DNA from: Candidatus Collierbacteria bacterium
Lineage (GTDB): Bacteria > Patescibacteriota > Microgenomatia > UBA1400 > JACPES01
Reading direction: 5' to 3'
DNA length: 64,000 nt
Assembly: GCA_016183365.1 (NCBI GenBank)
Contig: JACPES010000005.1
Location: 5,895-69,894 of the forward strand
Positions within the stretch are counted from its first letter, which is position 1, and each line of letters begins with the position of its first letter. Position numbers and translations under genes: made by a program. The notes beneath the pieces were generated by a model. The model saw nothing but the letters and a program-made list of their open reading frames with translations, did not search any database and was not told the origin of the DNA. Of the stretch, positions 1 through 8,756 are shown in pieces.

Positions 1-576
1 ATCCATGGATCAGTGGAAATTGATGATACCGCGGTGACCGAAAACGAACGGCAGTTGCGGGAAAGAGTAAAACGGCTGATGACGGTTTATAAAGACGATG
101 TCTTAATCGAAGAGTTTATCGCCGGTCGGGAGTTGGCAGCGGTAGTATTTGAGGGAATGAAACGCAAGGTTTATGTCGGTGAAAAAGTTTTCAATCAAGA
201 AATAGGCGGGCAGTATAAAATCTCCAGCTTCTCGGCGGTATGGCAAGAAGACGAGTTGGATAAATCAAAATGGACATACAATTACTCCAAGTACGAGCCG
301 AACGAGGCGCTGAAAGAAGATATTAAGAAATGTTACGAAGTATTAAAAATGGAGGACTACGCTAAACTAGACATCCGTCTCGACCAGTCCGGCCGATATT
401 ATTTTATCGATCCCAACGCCAATCCGGCCTTTGGTCCCAAAGAATCCTTCTGCGCTCTCGGGACCATTATGGATTTGTATGGAATTGACTTCACCCAAAT
501 TCTTAAAAGATTGGCAATCAATACTTTAAATGGGAGTTTGATTCAGGCAAATGGCGAAGCGGCGGCAGAAAACTGA
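1..576 (+). CDS. ATP-grasp D-Ala-D-Ala ligase-like protein, C-terminal part (runs off window start)
   Basis: LIEEFIAGRE, YAKLDIRLD and FIDPNANP motifs typical of the Ddl C-terminal domain. Confidence 0.75.
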   Translation: MHGSVEIDDTAVTENERQLRERVKRLMTVYKDDVLIEEFIAGRELAAVVFEGMKRKVYVGEKVFNQEIGGQYKISSFSAVWQEDELDKSKWTYNYSKYEPNEALKEDIKKCYEVLKMEDYAKLDIRLDQSGRYYFIDPNANPAFGPKESFCALGTIMDLYGIDFTQILKRLAINTLNGSLIQANGEAAAEN

Positions 577-577
577 A

Positions 578-1135
578 TTACTTCATCTCTAACCCCAGCG
601 CCGGATGCTTTTCCCGTAGAATGGTTTTCAAAATTTTTTTAGCCCTGTATATCTTGCCCTCAACTGCTCTTTCGCTTGATCCTGTCAATTTAGATATTTC
701 TTTAATCGTCATTTCCCGCCAGTAGCGGAATTGCAACAATTTTCTTTTTTCATCCGGCAATAAATCCAAACATTCTCTCATTGCCGCCCGCAATTCAGAT
801 AGAGCCGCCCGCTCGTACGGATCAAGTTGATTGGTATCGGCCTGGGCAATGTCCTCCAAAACCGGCAGGACCCAGCGGGAATTATCGTTGACTTGATCGC
901 GGTAATAATCGGCAATTTTGTTGAGGCCAATCCGGCAAATCCAGGTAAAATAACTTGATTTATGGCGGAAACTATGCCAGCTCTCCCATGCGGCTGAAAT
1001 CGTCCTGGCGAACACTTCTTCTGCCGCGGCCTGATCCCCGCCCATCCGCTTGACGAGGAATTTCAACAGCGGCAAGGCCAGACGGCGATAGACTATCTCG
1101 AAAGATTCGTGGCGGAAAAGTCGTAACGGCATCAA
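578..1135 (-). CDS. ECF-type RNA polymerase sigma-70 factor
   Basis: Region 2 (AEEVF...SSYFTWICRIGLNKIADYYR) and region 4 HTH (LPDEKRKLLQFRYWREMTIKEIS...RAKK). Confidence 0.9.
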   Translation of the reverse strand: MMPLRLFRHESFEIVYRRLALPLLKFLVKRMGGDQAAAEEVFARTISAAWESWHSFRHKSSYFTWICRIGLNKIADYYRDQVNDNSRWVLPVLEDIAQADTNQLDPYERAALSELRAAMRECLDLLPDEKRKLLQFRYWREMTIKEISKLTGSSERAVEGKIYRAKKILKTILREKHPALGLEMK

Positions 1136-1335
1136 TCATTTGAGTATATCACTGCAGTTTAAGAAAACTACTACAATTATTTAAATAATTGAAGTGAAGC
1201 TCCACGGCTTCACAGCCATGGCTTCTTCCGATACGGGGTTGTATGGAGCGCAACCCCGCATCGTCCCGCTTAGCGGGACCGGTGCGTGGGTAAAAACCGT
1301 GTGGTTGTTGACTTACTGACGACTAATAGTACAAG

Positions 1336-1614
1336 ATGGCAATTGCTAATCCAGAGTGGTGGAAGAGGGCGGCGATTCCGGCACGACCGGAAATTTCTAT
1401 TTCAGATAGGTTGAAACAGGCGGTGGAATTAATGGCGGCAAATATCGGTCAGGCAATTGGCCGATTAGCCAATCCGCCCTACCCGACTTCCGACGGGAAG
1501 CCACTAAAAGTAGTTTTCTATGATGGACCAAACAGTCCCCAACCATTCATGCCGGAGCAAATAAAACAGCTGGCCGCGATTACCGAAATGTTTTCGGGAA
1601 AGAATCTGAAGTAG
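1336..1614 (+). CDS. hypothetical protein
   Basis: 92-aa ORF; TTGACT -35-like box upstream; no recognisable motif. Confidence 0.5.
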   Translation: MAIANPEWWKRAAIPARPEISISDRLKQAVELMAANIGQAIGRLANPPYPTSDGKPLKVVFYDGPNSPQPFMPEQIKQLAAITEMFSGKNLK

Positions 1615-1685
1615 CGGCGGGTGGATTCGAACCACCAACAGACACGCCTTATGAAAGCGCCGCTCTGCCATTGAGCTACGCCGCC
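1612..1685 (-). tRNA. tRNA-Met(CAT), elongator type
   Basis: Reverse complement GGCGGCGTAGCTCAATGGCAGAGC...TTCATAA...GGTTCGAATCC...CGCCGCTA folds as a cloverleaf with anticodon CAT. Confidence 0.93.
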
Positions 1686-1690
1686 TTTAA

Positions 1691-1990
1691 TTATTTTACA
1701 CCAAATCCTTGTTTTAACCCTTTTATCCAGCCACGCATTTTTCTTAGTCGATCAAGGCTCTTACTAATGTGAATTCTGATTACTCCATAATATTCATTTC
1801 TATTTGAATATTGCTTTTTCCACTGACTGTTCTGAAAAAATGGCTTGGTAAACTGGTTATAAGGCATATCCAAATAGTTAGACCAAAACTCTTCAATTGT
1901 TTTAATTCTATCTTTGTGCGAAATATTCGCAGTAACTCTGAACCTCAAATCTCCAATTGTAATGCCTAAATATTGTTTTAACCAATTCAG
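1691..1990 (-). pseudogene. N-terminally truncated CPR hypothetical protein (possibly LAGLIDADG-derived)
   Basis: Frame is open from about 2000 (LNWLKQYLG...IEEFWSNYL...YYGVIRI...MRGWIKG) but preceded by a stop and has no ATG; lies between two tRNAs. Confidence 0.4.
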
Positions 1991-2031
1991 TCTTTCGTTA
2001 ACTCATGATATAATAATTTTGTTCTTTAACG

Positions 2032-2285
2032 TGCGGGTGGGAGGTAAGTATCTCGTGAGGCTTAATTATATGGGTCTCAATAAACTTGGCTATATGCTGG
2101 AAGTCCCGACCCAAAGTCGGGATAATCAGCAGGAAAGATCCCGATTGAATCGGGGAATCCTCAGAGACTACACGCCGAGTCCCGATTTAATCGGGGAAGA
2201 TATAGTCCGACACTCTTAAGTAATGGGAGACAACAATGTGCATAATCTCACTTAATCGGGGAGCGTAACCCCGGACCCGCAACCA
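2032..2285 (+). tRNA. initiator-like tRNA-Met(CAT) interrupted by a group I intron (exons 2032-2062 and 2241-2285)
   Basis: Joined exons give acceptor TGCGGGT/ACCCGCA-A-CCA, anticodon arm TGAGG-CTCATAA-TCTCA and an A11:U24 pair typical of initiators. Confidence 0.85.
2063..2240 (+). ncRNA. group I self-splicing intron, 178 nt, no ORF
   Basis: P (TATGCTGGAA), Q (AATCAGCAGG), R (CTCAGAGACTACACG) and S (AAGATATAGTCC) core; IGS GGTCTCA (2073-2079) pairs with exon TGAGGCT giving the U.G splice-site pair; terminal G at 2240. Confidence 0.92.
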
Positions 2286-2373
2286 GATTTCGCCGGTGAA
2301 TCTTCTTACTGATTTCTTTTTAACGTCTTGAAGGATACAAGGACATGAAGGATATAAAGAGTATAATGCCCCC

Positions 2374-2961
2374 ATGAACATATACAAAGAACTCTTCAGA
2401 AAAGCCCAGGCAATCCGGTCATTGTTTCTTTTCGAAGTAGCGTTTACTCACGATGAGTGGGGCGGAATAATAATGGACGATGGCCAGATTTGGGCTGATG
2501 TTGACCGATTATCGGCTCACTTCAATGGAGATGCCAAAGTTTTCCTTCAGCTGACTGCTCAAGTTCTCGAGGCGGCGGCGGCGGACGCTGGTTTTGGGAA
2601 ATTACGAGTCATTGCTGGAGATTTCGGCAAAATCACCGGCCAAATCACCATCTCAATCCGCGGAGATTTTCCGGCGGTCCCGAGAAAGAATATCCCACCA
2701 GATCAAACGGAACGAATAATGAACCGGAGATCCGGCGTGGACGTAACATTAAGTAATGAAAAGCTCTTCTTAACGCCTTGTGTTGGATGGTTGGATTTGG
2801 GTCAATCCGAACGAACGGAAACGACTTTCCCCATAGGACATGACCCTGATAAATACTTAAGAGAACTGTCAGATGGCCTTGATGAACTTACAAGGTTAGA
2901 TGTCGCCGCCGGGCTTCTTTCCCTGGTTAAAAGCAAAGTTGAAAGAGTCGTTAATTCTTAA
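2374..2961 (+). CDS. hypothetical protein
   Basis: 195-aa ORF; TATAAT 6 nt upstream of ATG. Confidence 0.6.
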   Translation: MNIYKELFRKAQAIRSLFLFEVAFTHDEWGGIIMDDGQIWADVDRLSAHFNGDAKVFLQLTAQVLEAAAADAGFGKLRVIAGDFGKITGQITISIRGDFPAVPRKNIPPDQTERIMNRRSGVDVTLSNEKLFLTPCVGWLDLGQSERTETTFPIGHDPDKYLRELSDGLDELTRLDVAAGLLSLVKSKVERVVNS

Positions 2962-3341
2962 AACCGAAATCGAATCAATCGTACCCACTTCTGCCAAATT
3001 GACAGTTCTGTTTGTTTATTTTCTTCTTCACTTTGACCTTCACTCTGTTGCTCCGGCAACAAAATGACCGTCTCTCCCTCTTTTTGGAGCAACAGCTTTT
3101 CTCTGGCCATTTTTTCCACGTACTCGTCGGAGCGGTAATATTCCAACTGTTTTTTCAATTCCACTTCTTTAGCCTCTAAATCTTTCACCTCTTTTTGCAT
3201 TTTCCAGACCCGCTGTTTTTGCTGCCATAACTCTAAAATATTCCTGGAAGAACCATAAATGATAAATAGGCCAATGACAATAATGAACAGTTGGTAAAGA
3301 CGCCGCTTCATAATATTGATAATATACCCTTTTGCTTTCAA
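2958..3341 (-). CDS. ftsB: septum formation initiator (FtsB/DivIC family)
   Basis: One TM helix, coiled coil, SDEYVEKMAREKLLLQKEGE motif. Confidence 0.85.
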   Translation of the reverse strand: MKAKGYIINIMKRRLYQLFIIVIGLFIIYGSSRNILELWQQKQRVWKMQKEVKDLEAKEVELKKQLEYYRSDEYVEKMAREKLLLQKEGETVILLPEQQSEGQSEEENKQTELSIWQKWVRLIRFRF

Positions 3342-3497
3342 AATACAAAGGTATAATGCCTAACGAAGCTTTGATTGTATTATGTAATCGACTACTATAT
3401 AAATATAGTTGCCAATTTTGAAAGCTACGGCCGTGCGCCGCCAAAGCCTTGGGCGACGGGGCGTAGGCATATACCAAGATTACAAAATTAAAGCGGA

Positions 3498-4220
3498 GTG
3501 GCATATCACTGTATGGACAATCAAATGCTTATCAAGCGATATCTTAATTCTCTCCGCCAATCCGGCAAATCCATTCTGACTCTCTCTGCTTATGCCACTG
3601 ACTTGAAGCAATTCTCTACTGTAATTTCTCCAACCCCCCTTACCCTTTTAACCAATCTTAAACTAACAACCAACAACCAACAACTTATTTCCCGCTTCTC
3701 CCCCAACTCCCGAGTCCGCAAGCTTACCACCATCCGCGAATTTTTAAAATGGTGTTTTATCAAAGGCTACTTAAAAAAAGATTTATCAGGGATTATAAAA
3801 CCCGTCCGCCGGATAACTATCTCCCCGGCTAAATCATTATCAACTTCCCAATTTTACCGTCTCCGTTCCAAAGCCGATGTTAAAGAAAGGCTGCTATTAG
3901 AACTAATTATTAACATAAATCTAAAACTATCAGCCATCGTCAAATTAAAAATGAAAGATATTACCCCTCTTTTCCTCCGTTCCTGCGGAGCAGGATCCCG
4001 CTTTGTGGGACAATCCTTGGACTACTATCTGGCCCAATTCCCCCGCGGTCCCAAAAGCTATTTATTGGCCAACAAATTCAACCGGCCGATGTCAGTTAGA
4101 ACCTTAAGCTCTATATTAAAAAATTTATCCCGCCGAGCCGGGGTCAAACACGGTACTTTTAGGAATCTGCGGGCCATATATTTTGCCAGTCAAGAAAGGA
4201 CCCGATCATATAAACGATGA
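3498..4220 (+). CDS. degenerate tyrosine recombinase/integrase-like protein (XerC/D N-terminal domain)
   Basis: SILTLSAYATDLKQF and SPNSRVRKLTTIREFLKW SAM-like domain; catalytic motifs eroded. Confidence 0.7.
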   Translation: MAYHCMDNQMLIKRYLNSLRQSGKSILTLSAYATDLKQFSTVISPTPLTLLTNLKLTTNNQQLISRFSPNSRVRKLTTIREFLKWCFIKGYLKKDLSGIIKPVRRITISPAKSLSTSQFYRLRSKADVKERLLLELIININLKLSAIVKLKMKDITPLFLRSCGAGSRFVGQSLDYYLAQFPRGPKSYLLANKFNRPMSVRTLSSILKNLSRRAGVKHGTFRNLRAIYFASQERTRSYKR

Positions 4221-5707
4221 ATACTCAATTTAATAAAAAAATTATTGGGATCTGCCTGGTTATTTTTGCCGCCGTAATGATCTCCCCCTGGCTCAATCGG
4301 CCATTTACCGGCCATCACGATTTTACCGGCGCTTTCGACAGTTTGATGGCCAGAAATTATCTGCGCTACGGCCTGATACAAACAAAATTAGGCCAAGTTA
4401 CCAGTCTGGCCGGAGTCCAGCCGGAGAATTTTTCCTATCATACTCATCACCCGCCGGGAGTACCGCTACTAATCGCGGCGGTTTACAAAATATTTGGAGA
4501 ACACGAGTGGGCGGCCAGGGCGGAATTTGCCGCTTTTGGCCTGGGATCTGTGTATTTACTATTTCTGTTGGGGAAGAATTTTAGTGGAAATACCGGTTGG
4601 CAAGCGGCGGTTTTAATGTCCTCAACTATTTTGTTTATTTATGTTTCGGTAATGCCGGTGTATGAGTCGCCGGCATTATTTTTGATGCTGATCCAGTTTT
4701 ATGGATTTTGCCGGTTCACGGAAACCGGGAGAAAACGATATCTGGCGCTAATGACGGCGGGAGCTTTCGGCGGCTATATCATCGCCTGGGTAACATATTT
4801 TGCGGCGCCGATACTTTTGGTTAACGAAATCAGGATCAGGCGATGGAAATATATTCGTCTGCTTCTAACATTCATTGGGGCTGGTGCCGGGTTTTTCGGC
4901 CTGCATTTATGGCATACAAAAATTCTAACCGGATCATGGTTTGGCGGCGGCCTGGGAGCGATATTTTTGCACCGTTTGTCCGCGACCGAAGAAACCGACC
5001 CACGCTACGCATTTAATTTAGTAAGTTATGTCACGACTATCGCCAGGCGAATATTCGATTTTTACGGCTGGCCGATTTTAATTGCGGCCGGATTGGGATC
5101 AGCGGTAATCACTACGGATAAAACCCGCAAGAATGAAAGGTGGCTATGGTATGTCTTGTTGGGAACAGCGCTGTCACTGCCGATAGTGTTTAGAAATTAC
5201 GTATTTGTCCATGATTATTTACTATTTTACTTTTCGCCGATCTTGGGATTAAGCGCCGCGGTGGGAATAAATACTATCTTGGGCCGACTGGTACCGAAAT
5301 TTGACGATGGCCGATGGGTTCCGGCTGTGGTGGCGACCGCGGGTTTAGCCCTGGCCGGGTATTTATCAACCAAAATCGTCTGGCAAGACTTAAGAAGCAG
5401 CCTAGAGTGGTACGAAGCCAGCAAAATAATCGGGGAAAGGTTGCGACGCACTACTAAACCGGGACAGATGATTTTAGTAATGAATACCAAGCTTTATGAC
5501 CAAGAAATGCAGATGCAATATTATGCCGACAGGCCAATACTATTCCCTGTCAATGGGGTCGGATCCAAAGCAACCGGCGGCTTGGATCCGGATATTATCG
5601 TGAATGTAACAAGTGATTACCAATTTCCGGCGGCAGCTTTAGAAAAAATTTTGAATGTTTATCGGCTGGAAACCGACTACGGCATCGAGTATTATTACCG
5701 CCGCTGA
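4217..5707 (+). CDS. ArnT/PMT-like GT-C membrane glycosyltransferase
   Basis: Multi-TM protein with HHPPG...FGEHEWAAR motif. Confidence 0.8.
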   Translation: MNTQFNKKIIGICLVIFAAVMISPWLNRPFTGHHDFTGAFDSLMARNYLRYGLIQTKLGQVTSLAGVQPENFSYHTHHPPGVPLLIAAVYKIFGEHEWAARAEFAAFGLGSVYLLFLLGKNFSGNTGWQAAVLMSSTILFIYVSVMPVYESPALFLMLIQFYGFCRFTETGRKRYLALMTAGAFGGYIIAWVTYFAAPILLVNEIRIRRWKYIRLLLTFIGAGAGFFGLHLWHTKILTGSWFGGGLGAIFLHRLSATEETDPRYAFNLVSYVTTIARRIFDFYGWPILIAAGLGSAVITTDKTRKNERWLWYVLLGTALSLPIVFRNYVFVHDYLLFYFSPILGLSAAVGINTILGRLVPKFDDGRWVPAVVATAGLALAGYLSTKIVWQDLRSSLEWYEASKIIGERLRRTTKPGQMILVMNTKLYDQEMQMQYYADRPILFPVNGVGSKATGGLDPDIIVNVTSDYQFPAAALEKILNVYRLETDYGIEYYYRR

Positions 5708-5750
5708 ATTACTAGTCGCGATTAATCCTCGGGGAAAGTGTGATTCTTTG

Positions 5751-5822
5751 TGGGCCCGGTAGGATTCGAACCTACGACGTTCGAGGTATAAGCTCGACGC
5801 TCTGCCGCTGAGCTACGGGCCC
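5751..5822 (-). tRNA. tRNA-Ile(TAT)
   Basis: Reverse complement GGGCCCGTAGCTCAGCGGCAGAGCG-TCGAG-CTTATAC-CTCGA-ACGTCGTAGGTTCGAATCCTACCGGGCCCA; anticodon TAT. Confidence 0.92.
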
Positions 5823-5904
5823 GCTTGTTATTTTACTACGATGCTCCCCTCCTGTCTTTCTTTTCCCTCTATTCCTTCTAATCCCTCTGTATTATTATTG
5901 GTTC

Positions 5905-6278
5905 GTGTCTTTCGGCTATAAATCTCTACTAAGTTACCAATTGGCAAAAATTGCGTTTGGTTTGGGATGGGAGTTTGTGCCGCTATATTTCGTCGGTTCG
6001 GAGTTTGGTAGGCAACGAGACCAAATTTATCAAGATCTCCGGTCGCATAAACAGAATATCGTGGAAGGATCAGCTGAAAGAAGTCTGTCCAGCAAGTTAA
6101 AACTCTATGACGTCTCTAGATCTTCAGGGCAGGAAGGGCTGGAAGATTTTGAAGATATTTTGCAGTTTGAAAACTTGCCGCGATGGGACAAAAATGATCA
6201 GCGACTAATCAAGCTCCGAAGCATAATTGAAGGTTATTCCCCGTCCCATCCTTCCGGTCCTTCTTTTCCTTCTTCTCC
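5905..6278 (+). pseudogene. four-helix-bundle protein (23S rRNA-IVP-like), C-terminally truncated at a 9-mer repeat tract
   Basis: GYKSLLSYQ...RDQIYQDLRSHKQNIVEGS...KLYDVSRSS..E.LEDFED...LPRWDKND resembles the family; the rest of the called ORF is antisense to the next gene. Confidence 0.65.
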
Positions 6279-8612
6279 CTACAGCTTCGCCCTCTTGATA
6301 ATCTCCGCCTCGACTTCTTCCCTGTCCCGGCCGAATTTTAGACGCGATAGTTGGACAATCGATTTGGATAATTCTTCATTGGCGTATTTCATTTCGGAAG
6401 TTAAATCTCGGGTCAAATCCATCGAAAATGGGGTCTGGGGTTCATTATTAACCACGGTTTTGATAAACACGTGGAACCTTTCAACATTGACCAAATCGGC
6501 TTCGGAAAAAGTCGGCGAGAATTCATGCTGCAGAAAATTAGCATCAGATACCCCAACTCGAAAAGAAATCATTGTGCCGACGTTCCCGAAAACCGCGTTT
6601 TTAACCTCATCGTCAATTTGGCCGATAAACTGGTTGGCGACGGTCAGATTCAACCGATATTTCCGGGCCTCGGACAGAATCTGGGCGAAATCTTGGGTGG
6701 CGAAGTTTTGGAACTCGTCGACGTAGAGGTAGAAATCTTTTCTCTGGTCCATTGGCATATCTTGGCGGGACATGGCAGCCATTAAAATCCGCGGCACCAA
6801 CAGTAGCCCCAAAAACGAACTATTCTCTTCGCCGATCCGCCCCTTGGCGAGATTAATCAATAAAATTTTTCCCTCATCCATTATTTTGCGGAAATTAAAG
6901 CCTGACTGCGACTGACCGATGATATTCCGCATCATCTTGTCGGTCACGAAGCGGCCGAATTTAGACACGATGTAATCTAAAACTTCGGATTTATGGAAAT
7001 CGGAAGTTTGGGCAATCTGGTCAGTCCAATATCGCCGGACCATGGCATCCTGAACTTTGGGCAGCATTTCCTGAACGAATTTAGCGTCGGTCAAAATCCT
7101 GACTATTTCAATAAAAGTATTTCCCGGCTCGCTCATCACCGTCAACATCGCATTCCGGATAGCGTGTTCAAACCGCGGCCCGATAATTCCGGTTTTATGC
7201 GGATCGTAAAGCTTATACATCAAGTTAATAATGGCCGAAGCCACAAAATGTTTTTGCTCTTCGGTATTGGCCTCCAGCATATTCATCCCCAAAGGTCTTT
7301 CGGTGTCGTAAGGGTCGAAATATACCACGTCCTCCGCCCGCTCCGGCGGAATAAATTTTAAGATATCTTCGACCGCGTCGCCGTGGGGGTCAATGAAACA
7401 CAAACCCTTGCCGGCCCGGATATCCTGAAGCGCCATATCTTTTAGGAGTTCGGACTTGCCGACGCCGGTTTTCCCGATGATATACATATGCCGGCGGCGG
7501 TCGTCTTCCGACAGATAAACTTTTTTGGTTAAACCGCGGTATTTCGAAACTCCCAAAAACAAACCGCTGTCGGGAATTTCCGCCGGGGCCGGGGCCCGCT
7601 TGGTTTTTAACCAATGGACGTGAGGGGTTTCAATCGTCTTATTAGGGAAATGATAAATAGTCGCCAACTCTTCGGAGTTTAATAAAAACCGGCCGCGCCA
7701 AATCGGCATATATTTATAGATAAAATCAATCATAAATAATTTTCCGACCAGGATTTTGGAAGTATCAAAACCGGAATGTTCAGATCTGAATTGAGAAAAA
7801 GTCCCCACAATATTATTTATATGCTGTTTAGCCTTGGCCATTGCCGGGGCCACCACCACTATCCGGATGGAAGTTTCAAATCCGGCTTTAGAAGTTTTAT
7901 TGCCTATAGCCTCAAAAGTCTTGGCGTCAGCCGAAAATTTAGCTTCTTTGGGATCGGCTTCCCTTTTTTTGGTTTTGGAGATATAACTTCCGCCTTCAGT
8001 TTGCCAATCGCCGCTAGCCGGTTCGATTAAAACTTGAATCATGGCCGCTTCGCCAGCCTCCATTTTGGCCAAAACCGAGGTAATCGAACTCAAGGGATCG
8101 GTCGAAAGTTCCCGGTAAACTTTTATCGGCTCATATTTAGCTCCGGTGGTTTTTAAAGCCGCAAAAGCCACTTTTCCGCCCTTGCTGAAAATATTCGGTT
8201 CCGGCACTTCCACAATATCCCCGCCGGGCCATGCTCCATTAATTTGTTTTTCCACCAGATCCAATAATTTTCTGGGGCAAGACACGTAAAACCTGATGTC
8301 TTCTTTCTGGGCCACGATTTCAAACGAGAGATGGTCCTGGCGGACTAACCGGTCAAAAATCCACCAACCTTTGCGGCGGATGCTGGCCAACGCGGAAAAC
8401 ACCTGTTCCATGGCGTCAATTTTGACTTCGTTGTCATGCGGAACGGAAACCATAAGCGTCACGAATTCCAATGATTCCTGCTCCCTATCTTTATGCTTCC
8501 ACCATTGGATGCTTAAATAAAAGGCAATCGCCAAAGCTAGCAATCCCAAAGCCACCAACCCCAAAACCGCGGTCCAGAATTCGAGAAGAATGACGATGTT
8601 ACCGAAGGGCAT
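6279..8612 (-). CDS. VirD4/TraG-like coupling ATPase (CPR type IV secretion DNA-binding domain protein)
   Basis: HMYIIGKTGVGKS Walker A, FIDPHGD, LYVDEFQNF Walker B, EARKYRL. Confidence 0.88.
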   Translation of the reverse strand: MPFGNIVILLEFWTAVLGLVALGLLALAIAFYLSIQWWKHKDREQESLEFVTLMVSVPHDNEVKIDAMEQVFSALASIRRKGWWIFDRLVRQDHLSFEIVAQKEDIRFYVSCPRKLLDLVEKQINGAWPGGDIVEVPEPNIFSKGGKVAFAALKTTGAKYEPIKVYRELSTDPLSSITSVLAKMEAGEAAMIQVLIEPASGDWQTEGGSYISKTKKREADPKEAKFSADAKTFEAIGNKTSKAGFETSIRIVVVAPAMAKAKQHINNIVGTFSQFRSEHSGFDTSKILVGKLFMIDFIYKYMPIWRGRFLLNSEELATIYHFPNKTIETPHVHWLKTKRAPAPAEIPDSGLFLGVSKYRGLTKKVYLSEDDRRRHMYIIGKTGVGKSELLKDMALQDIRAGKGLCFIDPHGDAVEDILKFIPPERAEDVVYFDPYDTERPLGMNMLEANTEEQKHFVASAIINLMYKLYDPHKTGIIGPRFEHAIRNAMLTVMSEPGNTFIEIVRILTDAKFVQEMLPKVQDAMVRRYWTDQIAQTSDFHKSEVLDYIVSKFGRFVTDKMMRNIIGQSQSGFNFRKIMDEGKILLINLAKGRIGEENSSFLGLLLVPRILMAAMSRQDMPMDQRKDFYLYVDEFQNFATQDFAQILSEARKYRLNLTVANQFIGQIDDEVKNAVFGNVGTMISFRVGVSDANFLQHEFSPTFSEADLVNVERFHVFIKTVVNNEPQTPFSMDLTRDLTSEMKYANEELSKSIVQLSRLKFGRDREEVEAEIIKRAKL

Positions 8613-8635
8613 GAGAATAGTGTACTACAAATATA

Positions 8636-8755
8636 GATGTCTTGAAGATAGAAATTGGATATTCTTGATTTTGAAATCTTGATGGCTCGATATCTTGAAT
8701 CAAGAATTCAAGTTAATCAAGTTCAAGAACATCAAGAATATCCATCTTCAAGAAA
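8636..8755. repeat. intergenic inverted array of about 8-nt units (TCTTGA../..TCAAGA)
   Basis: Left-arm units TCTTGA mirrored by right-arm units TCAAGA. Confidence 0.75.
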
Positions 8756-8756
8756 T

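Noticed and set aside
1914-2387. ORFs 1914-2219 and 2187-2387
   Set aside because: They overlap the intron-containing tRNA and are spurious.
5905-6726. Full 273-aa ORF, or a DGR Avd gene
   Set aside because: The last ~150 codons are antisense to the conserved ATPase; no reverse transcriptase or TR/VR pair is visible.
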